DNA from: Malacoraja senta
Taxonomy: Eukaryota
Assembly: GCA_038087875.1 (NCBI GenBank)
Contig: CM075992.1
Span: forward strand, 9,612,001 to 9,676,000
Length of the DNA: 64,000 bases
Direction: 5' to 3'
Position 1 is the stretch's first letter. Each line of letters opens with the position of its first letter. Both the position numbers and the translations under genes were made by a program. Under the pieces are notes generated by a model, which searched no databases, was not told where the DNA came from, and saw nothing but the letters and a program-made list of their open reading frames with translations. Below are positions 48,507 to 60,603 of this stretch, piece by piece.

Positions 48507-49539
48507 TACTTTAGTTTAGTTTAGTTTTTAGTTTAGAGATACGGCGTGGAAACAGGCCCGATGGTCCAGTGACCCCCGCACACTAAAGGGCCTATCCAAC
48601 TTTCACGACCTAATTCATGACCTCTGCCAAGTTTGCCCTTGACTCATACTCGCAGCATGGTCGTCACGAGGTCGTAGGAGGTCGTAGGTAGGTCGTAGGT
48701 AGGTCATAGCAGGCCGTGATGCTAGTCGTAGGTACTCGTGGCATCAAGTAGGTCGGGGCGTTATTCTAGCCTGATGAAAAATATCCATGAGTATAAAAGG
48801 TCGTGAATTAGGTCGTGAAAGTTGGATAGGCCCTTAACACTATCCTACACACAGTAGGGACAATTTACAATTTCACCAAAGCCAATTAACTTACATAGAA
48901 ACATAGAAACATAGAAAATAGGTGCAGGAGTAGGCCATTCGGCCCTTCGAGCCTGCACCACCATTTGATATGATCATGGCTGATCATCCAACTCAGTATC
49001 CCATCCCTGCCTTCTCTCCATACCCCCTGATCCCTTTAGCCACAAGGGCCACATCTAACTCCCTCTTAAATATAGCCAATGAACTGGCCTCAACTACCTT
49101 CTGTGGCAGAGAATTCCACAGATTCACCACTCTCTGTGTAAAAAATGATTTCCTCATCTCGGTCCTAAAAGTCTTCCCTCTTATCCTTAAACTGTGACCC
49201 CTAGTTCTGGACTTCCCCAACATCGGGAATAATCTTCCTGCATCTAGCCTGTCCAACCCCTTATGAATGTTGTAAGTTTCTATAAGATCCCCCCTCAGTC
49301 TTCTGAATTCCAACGTGTACAAGCCGAGTCTATCCAATCTTTCCTCATATGAAAGTCCTGCCATCCCAGGAATCAGTCTGGTGAACTACAAGCCAGTACT
49401 TCTTTGGAGTGTGGGAGGAAACCAGAGTACCCGGTGAAAACCCACGAGGGTCACGGGGAGAACGTACAAACTCTGTACAGACAGCCACCCGAGTCTCTGG
49501 CGATGTGAGGCAGCAACTCTACCGCTGCGCCACCATGCC
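48507..49539 (-). mobile_element. HE1 SINE carrying two nested insertions (Harbinger MITE and young CR1 at about 48894-49386)
   Basis: SINE pieces join in register across both inserts; taca flanks the CR1. Confidence 0.82.
48587..48834. mobile_element. PIF/Harbinger MITE (about 248 bp), TAA TSD; same family as 21751-21997, opposite orientation
   Basis: TIR agggcctatccaactttcacgacctaattca; taa on both sides. Confidence 0.88.
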
Positions 49540-49893
49540 ACAGATGTTGTATGTAGAGGGTGAGAAAGTTGGAAGAGAGGTGGGGGCAGGATAGTGCCAG
49601 ACAAGTTGCTTGGTGGATACAGGTGAGCGGGTGGGGGTTGTTTGGCAAATGAGTGGAGAAAGGCCAGACATGAAAAGACAAAAGGCTGTGAGATAAAGAG
49701 ATAAGGAGAGACGAGGTGTGAAATGAGAAGCCGGAGGGAAAGGGTGAAGGTGGAAGGGGAAAGGGGGAAAGGGGAAGGGCAAAGAGGAGCAGGATTATGG
49801 GAGGGATGGGTGCACATTAAGGTGGGGCACAGGGAAGAGGGTGAGGAACTTGCTGGGGGAGGGGTGTTGAGAGGGGGGGGGGGGTGATTGTTA

Positions 49894-50416
49894 AGGGCCT
49901 GTCCCACTTGGGCGACCTAATCCGCAACTTCTGGCGAGTTTGCCCTCGACTCATACTCGCAGCATGGTCGACACGAGGTCGTAGGAGGTCTTCGTAACTC
50001 TCCTTCATGCTCGAGAGTGGTCTCCGCGTACTCGAGGCCTCAGCTAGGTCGCGGCGTTTTTTTCAATATGTTAAAAAATGCCCGCTAAGTAAAAAAAGGT
50101 CGTCATGGAAAAAAATAGATACTTTTTTTACTCGTAGATTTAGTCGTAGTAGGTTGTAGTTGGTCGTCATGTTAGTCGTAGGTAATCGAGGGTAGTCGAA
50201 GGTAGTCGTAGATAGTCTTCATCATAGTCGAAGGGAGGTCGAAGGGAGGTCGAAGGGGATCGAAGGAGGTTGTCTTCACTCTCCACTATTCGGTGTCCAA
50301 TTTTCTCGAAGTTAGTCGTAGCTAGTCTTCAACATGGTCGAAGGAGGTCTTCAACATGTCATTTTTTCAAACTCTTCTAAACTCGCCAATTAGGTCGCCC
50401 AAGTGGGACAGCCCCT
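49894..50416. mobile_element. PIF/Harbinger MITE (about 523 bp), TTA TSD
   Basis: agggcctgtcccacttgggcgacctaat ... attaggtcgcccaagtgggacagcccct; shares gactcatactcgcagcatggtcg with the 48587 copy; internal gtcgta/gtcgaa repeats. Confidence 0.88.
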
Positions 50417-51490
50417 TTAGTTAATTATCTAAAACGGGAGAATTCTTTGTGATATTTAATTCTCGTCTGTGATAGTGATATTGAGGACCATGGTGACTGA
50501 GTGGCGAGGGGGAACAAAGTCAGTATCTAGGAGTGAGGGAAGGAGTTATTTTAGATGATGAAAGACATTTCAAATGCTGGCATCTGGAATAAAAAATAAA
50601 ATGATGGAGGATTCAATGATTCAATGATATTTTATTGTCAGAGGAGGAGAATTTCTTTTGGGACAGGCGGCGCGGACCAGCAGTGGAGCCCCAGGCCTGC
50701 GTGCGGTCGAGTCGAGGAGTCTCGGTGGAGGGACCGGTCTGGAGGTGGGCTTTTCTTTTCACGCAGGCGGCGCGGACCAGCGGTCTGAAGAAGGGTCTCG
50801 ACCCATTCCTTCTCTACAGAGATGCTGCCTGTCCCGCTGAATGACTCCAGCATTTTGTGTCCGCCATACTGTATTGTTACATGTACCATGTTACATGTTT
50901 TGCGTACAACCTGGTAAAATCCTATAGCAGACTTCACCCAGACAGTACACAAGAGTTGCCACGTTTCTTGCACAGACAAAGTGACATAAAGTTCACGTGC
51001 GCAGCAAAAGCTGTGCCACCGTGCCGCCCAGTGTTCACGCTGCGGCTCAGAATAGTGAAAGGCCTGGATAGAGTGGGTGTGGAGAGGATGTTTCCACTAG
51101 TGGGAGAGTCCAGGACCAGAGGTCATAGTCTCAGAATGAAAGGACGTTATTTCAGGAAGGAGATTAGGAAGAATTTCTTTAGTCAGAGGGTGGTGAATCT
51201 TTGGAGTTCTTTGCCACAGATGGTTGTTTTTAAGGCAGAGATAAATAGATTCTTGATTAGTATGGGTGTCAGGGGTTATGGGGAGAAGGCAGGAGGATGG
51301 GGTTTGGAGGGAGAAATAGATCAGCCATGATTGAATGGCGGAGTGGACTTGATGGGCTGAATGGCCTAATTCTGCTCCTATCACATATGACCTTATGAAT
51401 GTTGTCTTGTTGCCCCTGAATTAGGAAGGAGGGAATGAGCAGCTGTGTCTAATGGAATGGCTTTGTCAATGGCGTTGTTACAGAGGTTTG

Positions 51491-51785
51491 GGGCGGCATG
51501 GTGGCGCAGCGGGATAGTTGCTGACTTACAGCACCAGAGGCCTGGGTTCGATTCTGACTACGGGTGCTGTCTGTACGGAGTGTGTACGTTCTCCCCATGA
51601 CCTGTGTGGATTTTCTCCAGGTGCTCCGGTTTCCTCCCACACTCCAAAGACGTGCAGGTTTGTAGGTTAATTGGCTTTGGTAATAAAAATTGTCTGCAGC
51701 GTGTAGATTGTATAAGTGTGCGGGAATCACTGGTTGGCATGGAATCGGTGGGCCGAAAGGCCTGTTTCCCAACTAAAGTCTAAAG
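51491..51785 (+). mobile_element. HE1-type V-SINE
   Basis: Head, V-domain and tail. Confidence 0.82.
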
Positions 51786-51944
51786 TAGAGTCCATCAATA
51801 GCGATGACTTGAAGTCGAGTGTGGGTGTCTTGCTGGTAGGTCCACGTATCCATGTTCTCTAGTGACGTTGCCTGACCTGCTGAGTTACTCCAGCATTTTG
51901 TGTCTTGTATTGTAAACCACCATCTGCATTTGCTTGTGTCTATG

Positions 51945-52680
51945 TCATAGAGTGATACAGTGTGGAAACTGGCCCTTTGGCCCTATATGCCACACCGACC
52001 AACATGCCCCATCTACACTAGTCCCACCTGCCCGTGTTTGCTCCATATCCTTCCAAACCTGTCCTATCCATGTACCTGTCTAATTGTTTCTTAAACATTG
52101 GGATAGTCCCAGCCTCAACGACCTCCTCCGGCAGCTTGTTCCATACACCCTTTGTGTGAAAACGTTACCCCTCAGATTCCCATTAAGTCTTTCCCCCCTC
52201 ACCTTAAACCTATGTCCACTAGTTCTACATTCCCTTACTCTGGCCAAGAGACTCTGTGAATTTACTCTATCTATTCCTTGCATGATTTTATACACCTCTC
52301 TAAGATCACCCCTCATCCTCCTGCGCTCCAAGGAATAAAGTCACAGCCTGCTCAACCTCTCCCAGTAGCTCACACCCTCCAGTCCTGGCAACATCCTCGT
52401 AAATCTTCTCTGCACCCTTTCCAGCTTGACACATCGTTCCTATAACATGGTGCCCAAAACTGAACACAGTACTGTAAATGCGGTCTCAACAACGTCTTAT
52501 ACAACTGCAACATGACCTCCCAACTTTTATACTCAATACTCTGATTGATGAGGGCCAAAGCTTTCTTTACCACCCTATCTACCTGTGATGCCACGTTCAA
52601 GGAACTATGTACCTGCACCGTCTGCACCTAGCTAGATCCCTCTGTTCTACAACACTGCCCAGAGCCCTACCATCAACTCT
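51945..52680 (-). mobile_element. CR1 LINE 3' portion
   Basis: LYKTLLRPHLQYCVQFW; RRRMRGDL.EVYKIM. Confidence 0.88.
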
Positions 52681-52761
52681 GCCTTGACCGGACTTCCGTG
52701 ATGAAACTCTTCCCTGATGAAACTCTTACTTTATTGAAGTATGTAGTCGAAAAATCTGCAG

Positions 52762-53078
52762 GTTTAGTTTAGTTTAGTTTAGTTTTGAGATACAGCGCAG
52801 AAACAGGCCCTTCGGCCCACCGAGTCCACTCTGACTAACGATCCCCGCACATTAACACTATCCTACACAGTAGGGACAAGTTACAATTTTACCAAGCCAA
52901 TTAACCTACAAACCTGTACGTCTTTGGAGGACGGGAGGAAGCCGGAGCACCCGGAGAAAACCTAAGCAGTCACAGGGAGAATGTGCAAACTCCGTACAGA
53001 CAGCACCCGTAGTCAGGATGGAACCCGGGTCTCTGGCGAAGTAAGGCAGTAACTCTACCGCTGCGCCCCCGTGCCGGC
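52762..53078 (-). mobile_element. HE1-type V-SINE
   Basis: Full structure. Confidence 0.85.
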
Positions 53079-53339
53079 CAATCTCCAGGGGTGGTTCAGT
53101 GAGCTAGGAAGTTGGGAATGGACAGCTGATATGTGGACCATCGAGAGGATGCTATGAGCTCAGGCCTGTATAAGGGGCAGATACAAAGCACTGGACCATC
53201 ACCAGCTGATGTGAATGAACAAGTAGACTTGCTGAGGGAACCCACAAGATGGTTGATGAGACAGAGGGGGATTTATCAAATGTCCACAGATAGAGGTGAC
53301 CCTGATAGATGTGGGAGCTTTCTATTCCTCTACTAGCTC

Positions 53340-53682
53340 CATGGGAGGTTGGTCTTGGTGGGGAGGATGCTGCTCACCCCCTCCATGACACACTGGTCAA
53401 CCTGAGGAGCACCTTCAGCAACAGACTGGTTCCACCAAGATGCAGCTCAGAACGCCACAGGAGATCCTTCTTCCCTGTGGCTATCAAACTGTACAACTCC
53501 TCCCCCTTCTGTCGTGGGGTAGACTGAGACTGACTCCCCCCACTCCCCCCTCCCCAATCTTTGCACATCCCCAATCCGTTCCATTCGGCACTTTAATTTT
53601 GTGTTTTATGCATGTTGGCAGATCAATTTCCCTCCTGGGATTAATGAAGTTCTATCGTATCGTATCGTATTGCATCGTATAC
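53340..53682 (+). mobile_element. Rex1/Babar-type 3' fragment
   Basis: HPLHDTLVNLRSTFSNRL..PRC..ERHRRSFFPVAIKLYN; (tatcg)n tail. Confidence 0.8.
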
Positions 53683-54129
53683 AGCTCCTGAGGGTGACCC
53701 TAAGGACATGGGATGACTGAAGTCCCCCACACCTGGCTGAAATAAGATTACAAGGAGATTGGAGCAGCTCGCACCAGCAATTATTTAACCCTGCAACGTT
53801 TTTAATTGAACGTTGCAAGAATTTTTCGGATGCAGACACAATCAAACCGGGTCTGGAGTTCCCAGTTGGCCCAATCCTGAATCAATTAACGAAACCGCTG
53901 CCTAATTGATGCCTCAAGTGTCAGAATCTCAGCAGTCCCAAGACGCTACAATGATCAAATTGTAGCAAGCTGTTCGAAGTACGCATGTGTACGCCACATG
54001 ATGCTAAATGCTCTATCAGACCAGTCTGTCTCAGCTGCTGCCTGAGAGAAACTCAGAGTGTGTGAAGATTGAACATAGCACAGGGACTGGTAGTAAGGAA
54101 GGCAAACGCCATGCTTCAATGTCTGCAAT

Positions 54130-54598
54130 CGGTGGTAGCCAATGCCATCTTCTTCACTGCCCTGTGCTGGGCGAAAGACACGGACGCCAACAGGATCAAC
54201 AAACTCATCAGGAAGGCTGGCTCCGTCCTGGGGGTGGAGTTGGAGTTGGATTTATGGGAGGTTGGTCTTGGAGGGGAGGATACTCCTCAAACTGTGGAGC
54301 ATCCTGGACAATACAGCTCACCCCCTCCGTGACACACTGGTCAACCTGAGGAGCACCTTCAGCAACAGACTGGTTCCACCAAGATGCAGCACAGAACGCC
54401 ACAGGAGATCCTGCTTCCCTGTGGCTATCAAAGTGTACAACTCCTCCCCCTTCTGTCATGGGGTAGACTGAGACTGACTCCCCAACCCCCCCCCCCCTCC
54501 CCCCAATCTTTGCACATCCCCAATCCTTTCCACTTGTCACTTTAATTTTATGTTGGCAGATCAATGTAATAAATAAAGTTCTATCGTATCATATCGTA
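54130..54598 (+). mobile_element. Rex1/Babar-type 3' fragment (second copy)
   Basis: DANRINKLIRKAGSVLG...HPLRDTLVNLRSTFSNRL; near-identical to 53340-53682. Confidence 0.8.
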
Positions 54599-55230
54599 GC
54601 ATTTATTTGAACAATACAATGCTGTCAGGCAGCAACTCTACTGCTGCGCCACCGTGCCAACCAGTGTTCAAACTGTGGCTCAGAATGCTAGAGTGTTGCC
54701 TCTTGGCTAGGTAGTAGAGAATGATCCCAGCAATGAGTGCGTTAACATATGATGGGCGTTTGACGGCACTGGGCCTGTACTCGCTGGAGTTTAGAAGGAT
54801 GAGGGGGGTGCCCTCATTGAAACTTACCAGATAGTGAAAGGCTTGGATAGGGTGGATGTGGAGAGGATGATTCCACTGGTGGGAAAGTCTAGGACCAAGG
54901 GTCATAGCCTCAGGATTAAAGGACGTTCCTTTAGGAAAGAGATGAGGAGGAATTTATTCAATCAGGGGGTGGTCAATATTGAGCTGGGTCTCCTCCACTG
55001 GCAGAGTGAGGCCCAGCGCAAATTGGAGAAACACCACCTCATATTTGGCTTCAGGAGCTTACACCCCAGCGGTATGAACATTGACTTCTCTAACTTCAAG
55101 TAACCCTTGCTTTCACTCTCTCTCTCCATCTTTCCCCCTTCCTAGTTCTCCGACTAGTTTGACTGCCCCCTTGATTAAATTTTATCTCTGTATGCTTCAT
55201 TGTCAACTTCTCCTAGATAACAACAATTAA

Positions 55231-55813
55231 AAGGCCTGTCTCACGAGTCTGCGGTCATTGGCGGCGAAACGGGAAGAATCTGCCGCCATAGACCGCGCAC
55301 TCGTGAGAACGCACAATTCCGGGGCCGTGCGGCGGTGTTCCCAACACCGCACGGTGCTAAAATAAAACCTACACTGTTGAAAACTATATTCTTACCGCAC
55401 AACCTCCACCAGTGATGCACGAGTGCAGCACGGCCGCCCGCACGGGCCGCCGCCAGTGTGGCTCGAGCGCCGTGCGTCAAACTTCCACTGCCACAGCCTC
55501 CGCCAGTGAGGCACGTGTGCGGCACGGCCGCAGGCACAGCAACCGCTACAGCGCCGCGATCAGGACGGCCGCCGCCACAGCCGCCGCTCGTGAGTCACGT
55601 GCAGCGGGCCGACGTCATCGCAGTCGGACCGCCCTTTTTTTTACTTACCGCAAGCACGTGGGACCAGCCGTATTTGAATCACTCGGCCCCCGCGCAGCAT
55701 CTGTGCAGCGCTCCCGTGGATAGGCTCGGCGCTCTCGCCGTTGCCGTGCGATCCACTCTACAGGCGAAGCCGCGCTTCACCGCCGATGACCGCAAACAGG
55801 TAAGACAGAGCCT
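55231..55813. mobile_element. GC-rich PIF/Harbinger MITE (about 583 bp), TAA TSD
   Basis: Imperfect TIR of about 40 bp (aaggcctgtctcacgagtctgcggtcattggcgg versus aggctctgtcttacctgtttgcggtcatcggcgg); taa on both sides; splits a Penelope pLTR. Confidence 0.78.
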
Positions 55814-57589
55814 TAACTCTACATTTTCCTTGATCCACATCCCCTTTGATGTCTCGTTTTCACACCTTACACTTCCTTATTTCTGTGTCTCCCTCTCCCC
55901 TCACTCTCAGTCTGAAGAAGGGTCTTGACCAGAAACATCACCCATTTCTTCTATCGAGAGATGCTGCCTATTCTGTTTCTTGGACTTCTTCGGACTTCTT
56001 CGGACTGAGAGTCAGGGGAAAGGGCAATTAGAGATATAGACGGTGATGTAGAGAGATATAGAACAAATATGTCAATAAGTAATGATGATCAAGGAAAGGT
56101 GGAGCCCACAATGGGCCATTGTTGGCTGTGCAGAGGGTGATAACGAGTTATACAGACAGTGAAACGCAACAGGACGACAGTGAAACTAGTACGGCGACTT
56201 AGGTGGGCGAGGAATGGAGGGAGAGGGGATGCAAGTGTTACATGAAGTTAGAGAGGTCAATGTTCATACCGCTGGCTTGGAAGCTGCCTAAGCGAAATAT
56301 GAGGTGCTGTTCCTCCAATTTGTGTTGGGCCTCACTCTGGTAATGGAGGAGGCCCAGGACAGAAAGGTCAGTGTGGGAATGTGTTTAGCAACATGTAGGC
56401 CAAGGCTTAGCTGGTATCTGACTCCACCACCACCCCTGGCAGTGTGTTCCAGGCACCAGCCACCCTCTGTGTGATAGATTTGCCCCGCACTTCTCCTTTA
56501 AACTTCCGCCACTTACCTTAAAGCGACACCCTCCAGTCTTTGATATTTCCACCCCGGGAACAAGGTTCCGACTATCTATCCAATCTCAATGGTTCAATGG
56601 TGCTTTATACGTCACAGGTGCAATTGCAGAGTGAATTTCCTTTTGCATATTTACACAAGCGGGGGCCGCCATGTTTTGCTGCCATTTCCAAAGTCCAATG
56701 TCCGTTAGTCCAAAGAGCTTTCTCAGTAGATTCCACACATTCCGGTCCCGATTATTCATCTCCGTTTTGCCTCAGGAATATCGTCGTCCCATGACCATCA
56801 TTGGACAGAGGAATGTCAGGATTATTGTCCCGGTAAAAAAACTCCTCAAACAAGTGCGATATGAATTCATAGAAACATAGAATGTGGAGATGGTGTTTGC
56901 ACCAGTGGGAGAGTCTGGGACTAGTGGCCATAGCCTCAGAATAAAAGGGTGGTGAATTTGTGGAATTCATTGCCACACACGGCTGTGGAGGTCGAATCAT
57001 AGAATTATACAGCGTGGAAACAGGCCCTTCGGCCCAACTTGCCCACACTGGCCAACAATATCCCAGCTACACTAGTCCCACTTGCCTGCGCTTGGTCCAT
57101 ATCCCTCCAAACCTGTCCTATCCATGTACCATTCCAACTGTTTCTTAAATGTTGCGATAGTCCCTGCCTCAACTACCTCCTCTGGCAGCTTGTTCCATAC
57201 ACCCACCGCCCTCTGTGTGAAAAAGTTACCCCTCGGATTCCTATTAAATCATTTCCCCTTCACCTTGAACCTATGCCCTCTGGTCCTCGATTCCCCTATA
57301 TAACCATATAACCATATAACCATAACAGCACGGAAACAGGCCATCTCGGCCCTTCAAGTCCGTGCCGAACATATTTTTTTAAAAATTTTTAAAAAAAATT
57401 AAAAATAAATACTTCCACCTAGTCCCATCTACCTGCACTCAGACCATAACCCTCCATTCCTTTCCCGTCCATATACCCATCCAATCTATTTTTAAAGGAT
57501 AACATCGAACCTGCCTCCACCACTTCCACTGGAAGCTCATTCCACACAGCTACCACTCTCTGAGTAAAGAAGTTCCCCCTAATGTTCCC

Positions 57590-58310
57590 CCTAAACTTCT
57601 GTCCCTACTCTGGGCAAGAGACTTTGTGCATCTACCCGATCTATTCCTCTCATGATTTTGTACACCTCTATAAGATCTCCCCTCGTCCTCTTATGCTCCA
57701 TGGAATAGAGACCCAGCCTCCTCAACCTCTCCCTATAGCTCACACCCTCTAGTCCTGGCAACATCCTCGTAAATCTTTTCTGAACCCATTCAAGCTTGAC
57801 AATATCTTTCCTATAACATGGCGCCCAGAACTGAACACAATATTCCAAATGCGGTCTCACCAACGCCTTATACAACTGCAACATGATCTCCCAACCTCTG
57901 TATTCAATATTCTGACTGATGAAGGCCAATGTGCCAAAAGCCTTTTTGACCCCTTTATCTACCAGCGACTCGACCTTCATGGAACCATGCACCTGTACTC
58001 CTAGATCGCTCTGCTCTATAACACTACCCAGAGGCCTACCATTTACTGTGTAGGTCCTGCCCTTGTTCGACGTCTCAAAATGCAACATCTCACACTTCTC
58101 TGTATTAAATTCCATCAACCATTCCTCCGCCCACCTGGCCAATCGATCCAGATCCTGCTGCAATGTTTCACAACCATCTTCACTATCTGCAAAACCACTC
58201 ACTTTTGTATCATCAGAAAACTTGCTAATCTTGCCCTGTATGTTCTCATCCAAATCACTGATGTAGATGACAAACAGTAATGGGCCCTGCACCGAACCCT
58301 GCGACACACC
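57590..58310 (-). mobile_element. CR1 ORF2 fragment (RT C-half)
   Basis: GVSQGSVQGPLLFVIYISDLD...KFSDDTK...LVRPHLEYCVQFW, in frame. Confidence 0.92.
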
Positions 58311-59324
58311 GGGATATTTATAGTGGATATTTTTAATCTGAAAAGTGGTCTCGACCCGAAATGTCACCTATTCATTTTCTCCAGACATCCCCCGCTCTCT
58401 GTGTCTTTCAGAGTCTGCTGGACCATACACCCAGGTCTTCCCTTTGCTCCAGTGAAATTAAACCTGACCGGCCCCTGAACACTAAGTCAATATTCCACCC
58501 ACCCAGTCTAGCCCGTGCTTGGTGTGGCTGGGGGTAGGGGAGGTTGGTACAATAGGCAGGGGGGTGTGGGGAGTGGGGGAATGGAAGCAATTCCAGCATC
58601 CACATCTGACTGAAGCCACTTTGTGGTCGAGATGGGTCCTGCCCTGGGGTGTGTGGAGGTTGTAAGAGGAAGCAGACAGCTGCTAGCTGTCAGGGAAAGG
58701 AAGCTTCCTTGCCACATTCAACAGCCTGTGTTCCAGACCACCCTTACTGATCGAGATCGCCCACAAGCAAAGACGATTTGTACACGAGCTAAGCAAGGAG
58801 TCTTTTAGTTTATTTTAGACAACGCGGAAACAGGCCCTTCGGCACACCGAGTCCGCGCCGACCAGCGATCCCCACACACTAGCACTATCCTACACACACT
58901 AGGGACAATTTATAATTTTCACCGAAGCCAAATTAACCTTCAAACCTGTACGTATTTGGAGTGTAGGAGCACCCAGTGGATATCAAACTCAAAAAGGCAG
59001 CCAGCATCATCAGAGACCCACACCACCCTGGCCACGCTCTCAGTTCACCCCTGCCATCGGGAAGAAGGTACAGGAGTCCAAAAACTGTAACGTCCAGGTT
59101 CAGGAACAGCTTCTACCCTGCAACCTTCAAGCTCTTTAACACTTCACAACACAAACTAAACTCTGAACTAAGGACTGTCTTGATTACACCAGGTACTTGC
59201 CACTTTTGTTGCATTTTGCACTAAATTGTGTTTTATTTCATTTATTGAACATTTATTTCATTTGTGTAGGAACGAACTGCAGATGCTGGTTAAAACCAAA
59301 GATAGAAAATGCGGTGGGTCAGAC

Positions 59325-59680
59325 AATATTAAGGGTTTGGACACGCTAGAGGCAGGAAACATGTTCCCGATTTTGGGGGAGTCCAGAACCAGGGGCCAAA
59401 ATTTAAGAATAAGGCGTAAGCCATTTAGAACAGAGATGAGGAAACACTTTTTCACGCAGAGAGTTGTGAGTCTGTGGAATTCTCTACCTCAGAGGGCGGT
59501 GGAGGCCGGTTCTCTGGCTACATTCAAGAGAGAGCTAGATAGGGCTCTTGAAGATAGTGGAATCAGGGGATTTGGGGAGAAGGCAGGAACGGGGTACTGG
59601 TTGTGGATGATCAGCCATGATCATATTGAATGGCGGTGCTGTCTCAAAGGGCCGAATGGCCTACTACTGCACCTATTGTC
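59325..59680 (+). mobile_element. CR1 3' fragment
   Basis: KGLDTLEAGNMFP...VVSLWNSLPQRAVEA; tattgtc tail. Confidence 0.85.
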
Positions 59681-60196
59681 TGTAGCGGCAGATTTTCATA
59701 TCTTTCAGGAAATTAGCACCCTAGCCGCTAAATGGATGAGCATGGTTGAAGGGGGTGTCTTCGAAACACATGCGAGCTCACTAACCGAGACCTTCAGAGC
59801 TTCTTCACAGATAAGTCTTTGAAAACACAGTCTTTAGATGAATAAATGCTTTATTGTTGATAGAAAACGGTAAGATACATCCAAACATCTTCCGACGTTA
59901 CTGCAATCTTCATCGAACTCCAGCTTATTACTTTAAACATTAGAAAACTCCTCGTGTCTCTGTTACACTTGAATGATCTCCTTTAGATCTGGCATGGACC
60001 CCGCATGGTCAAAGGTTTAACCTTCCCCATCGTCTCTCCAAACTAATCTAAAAACTAAACTTCTGCGCAAGCAACTTAGCTCCAAACATGCCCAAAAACA
60101 CGTCATAAATCCCACCCACATTATAATGGGCAGTCTAAAATTTAAAGGCACATGCCATCATCAATGACATGCAAAACAGCCCAAATGGCCACTACA
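59681..60196 (-). repeat. Putative 3' LTR of the BEL/Pao element (about 516 bp)
   Basis: Bounded by the inverted ends tgtagcggc / gccactaca (TG...CA); AATAAA on the minus strand near 59850; preceded on minus by purine-rich aaacagggactggta and the integrase end. Confidence 0.7.
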
Positions 60197-60603
60197 TACC
60201 AGTCCCTGTTTGTTCAGAGTATATAACGAGGCAATTACTAATAAACATTAAAAAAAAGTGGCCATAAAGGCTTAACATATATCAAAAGCAAAAGGTCAGG
60301 GAATAAAACCCTGTGGCTCCTCGTCGGGAAATTGAATGCCCGGTCTACCTCGTGACAAGAGGAGATACTAAACCACTATACTAACGAGGAAAAAATAGCA
60401 TGCACTATATATCCGCAATCAGAATTCTTCATCGATTCTTCCATCTTCACTTTCGCCTTCTAGAAGCAAGCATAACTTGGTTATTAATCTTATTAAAACA
60501 GTGCTTTTAATTCAAAGTCGTACCGTGCATACCAAACCCTTAAAATCAGGCATGATACCCAGTATATAGTCCAAAACATAACAGTCCAAAGCTTTGAAGC
60601 AGT

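Noticed and set aside
50150..50350. CRISPR-like or short-repeat array
   Set aside because: Degenerate 6-10-bp motifs within a Harbinger MITE; no constant repeat-spacer period; eukaryotic context.
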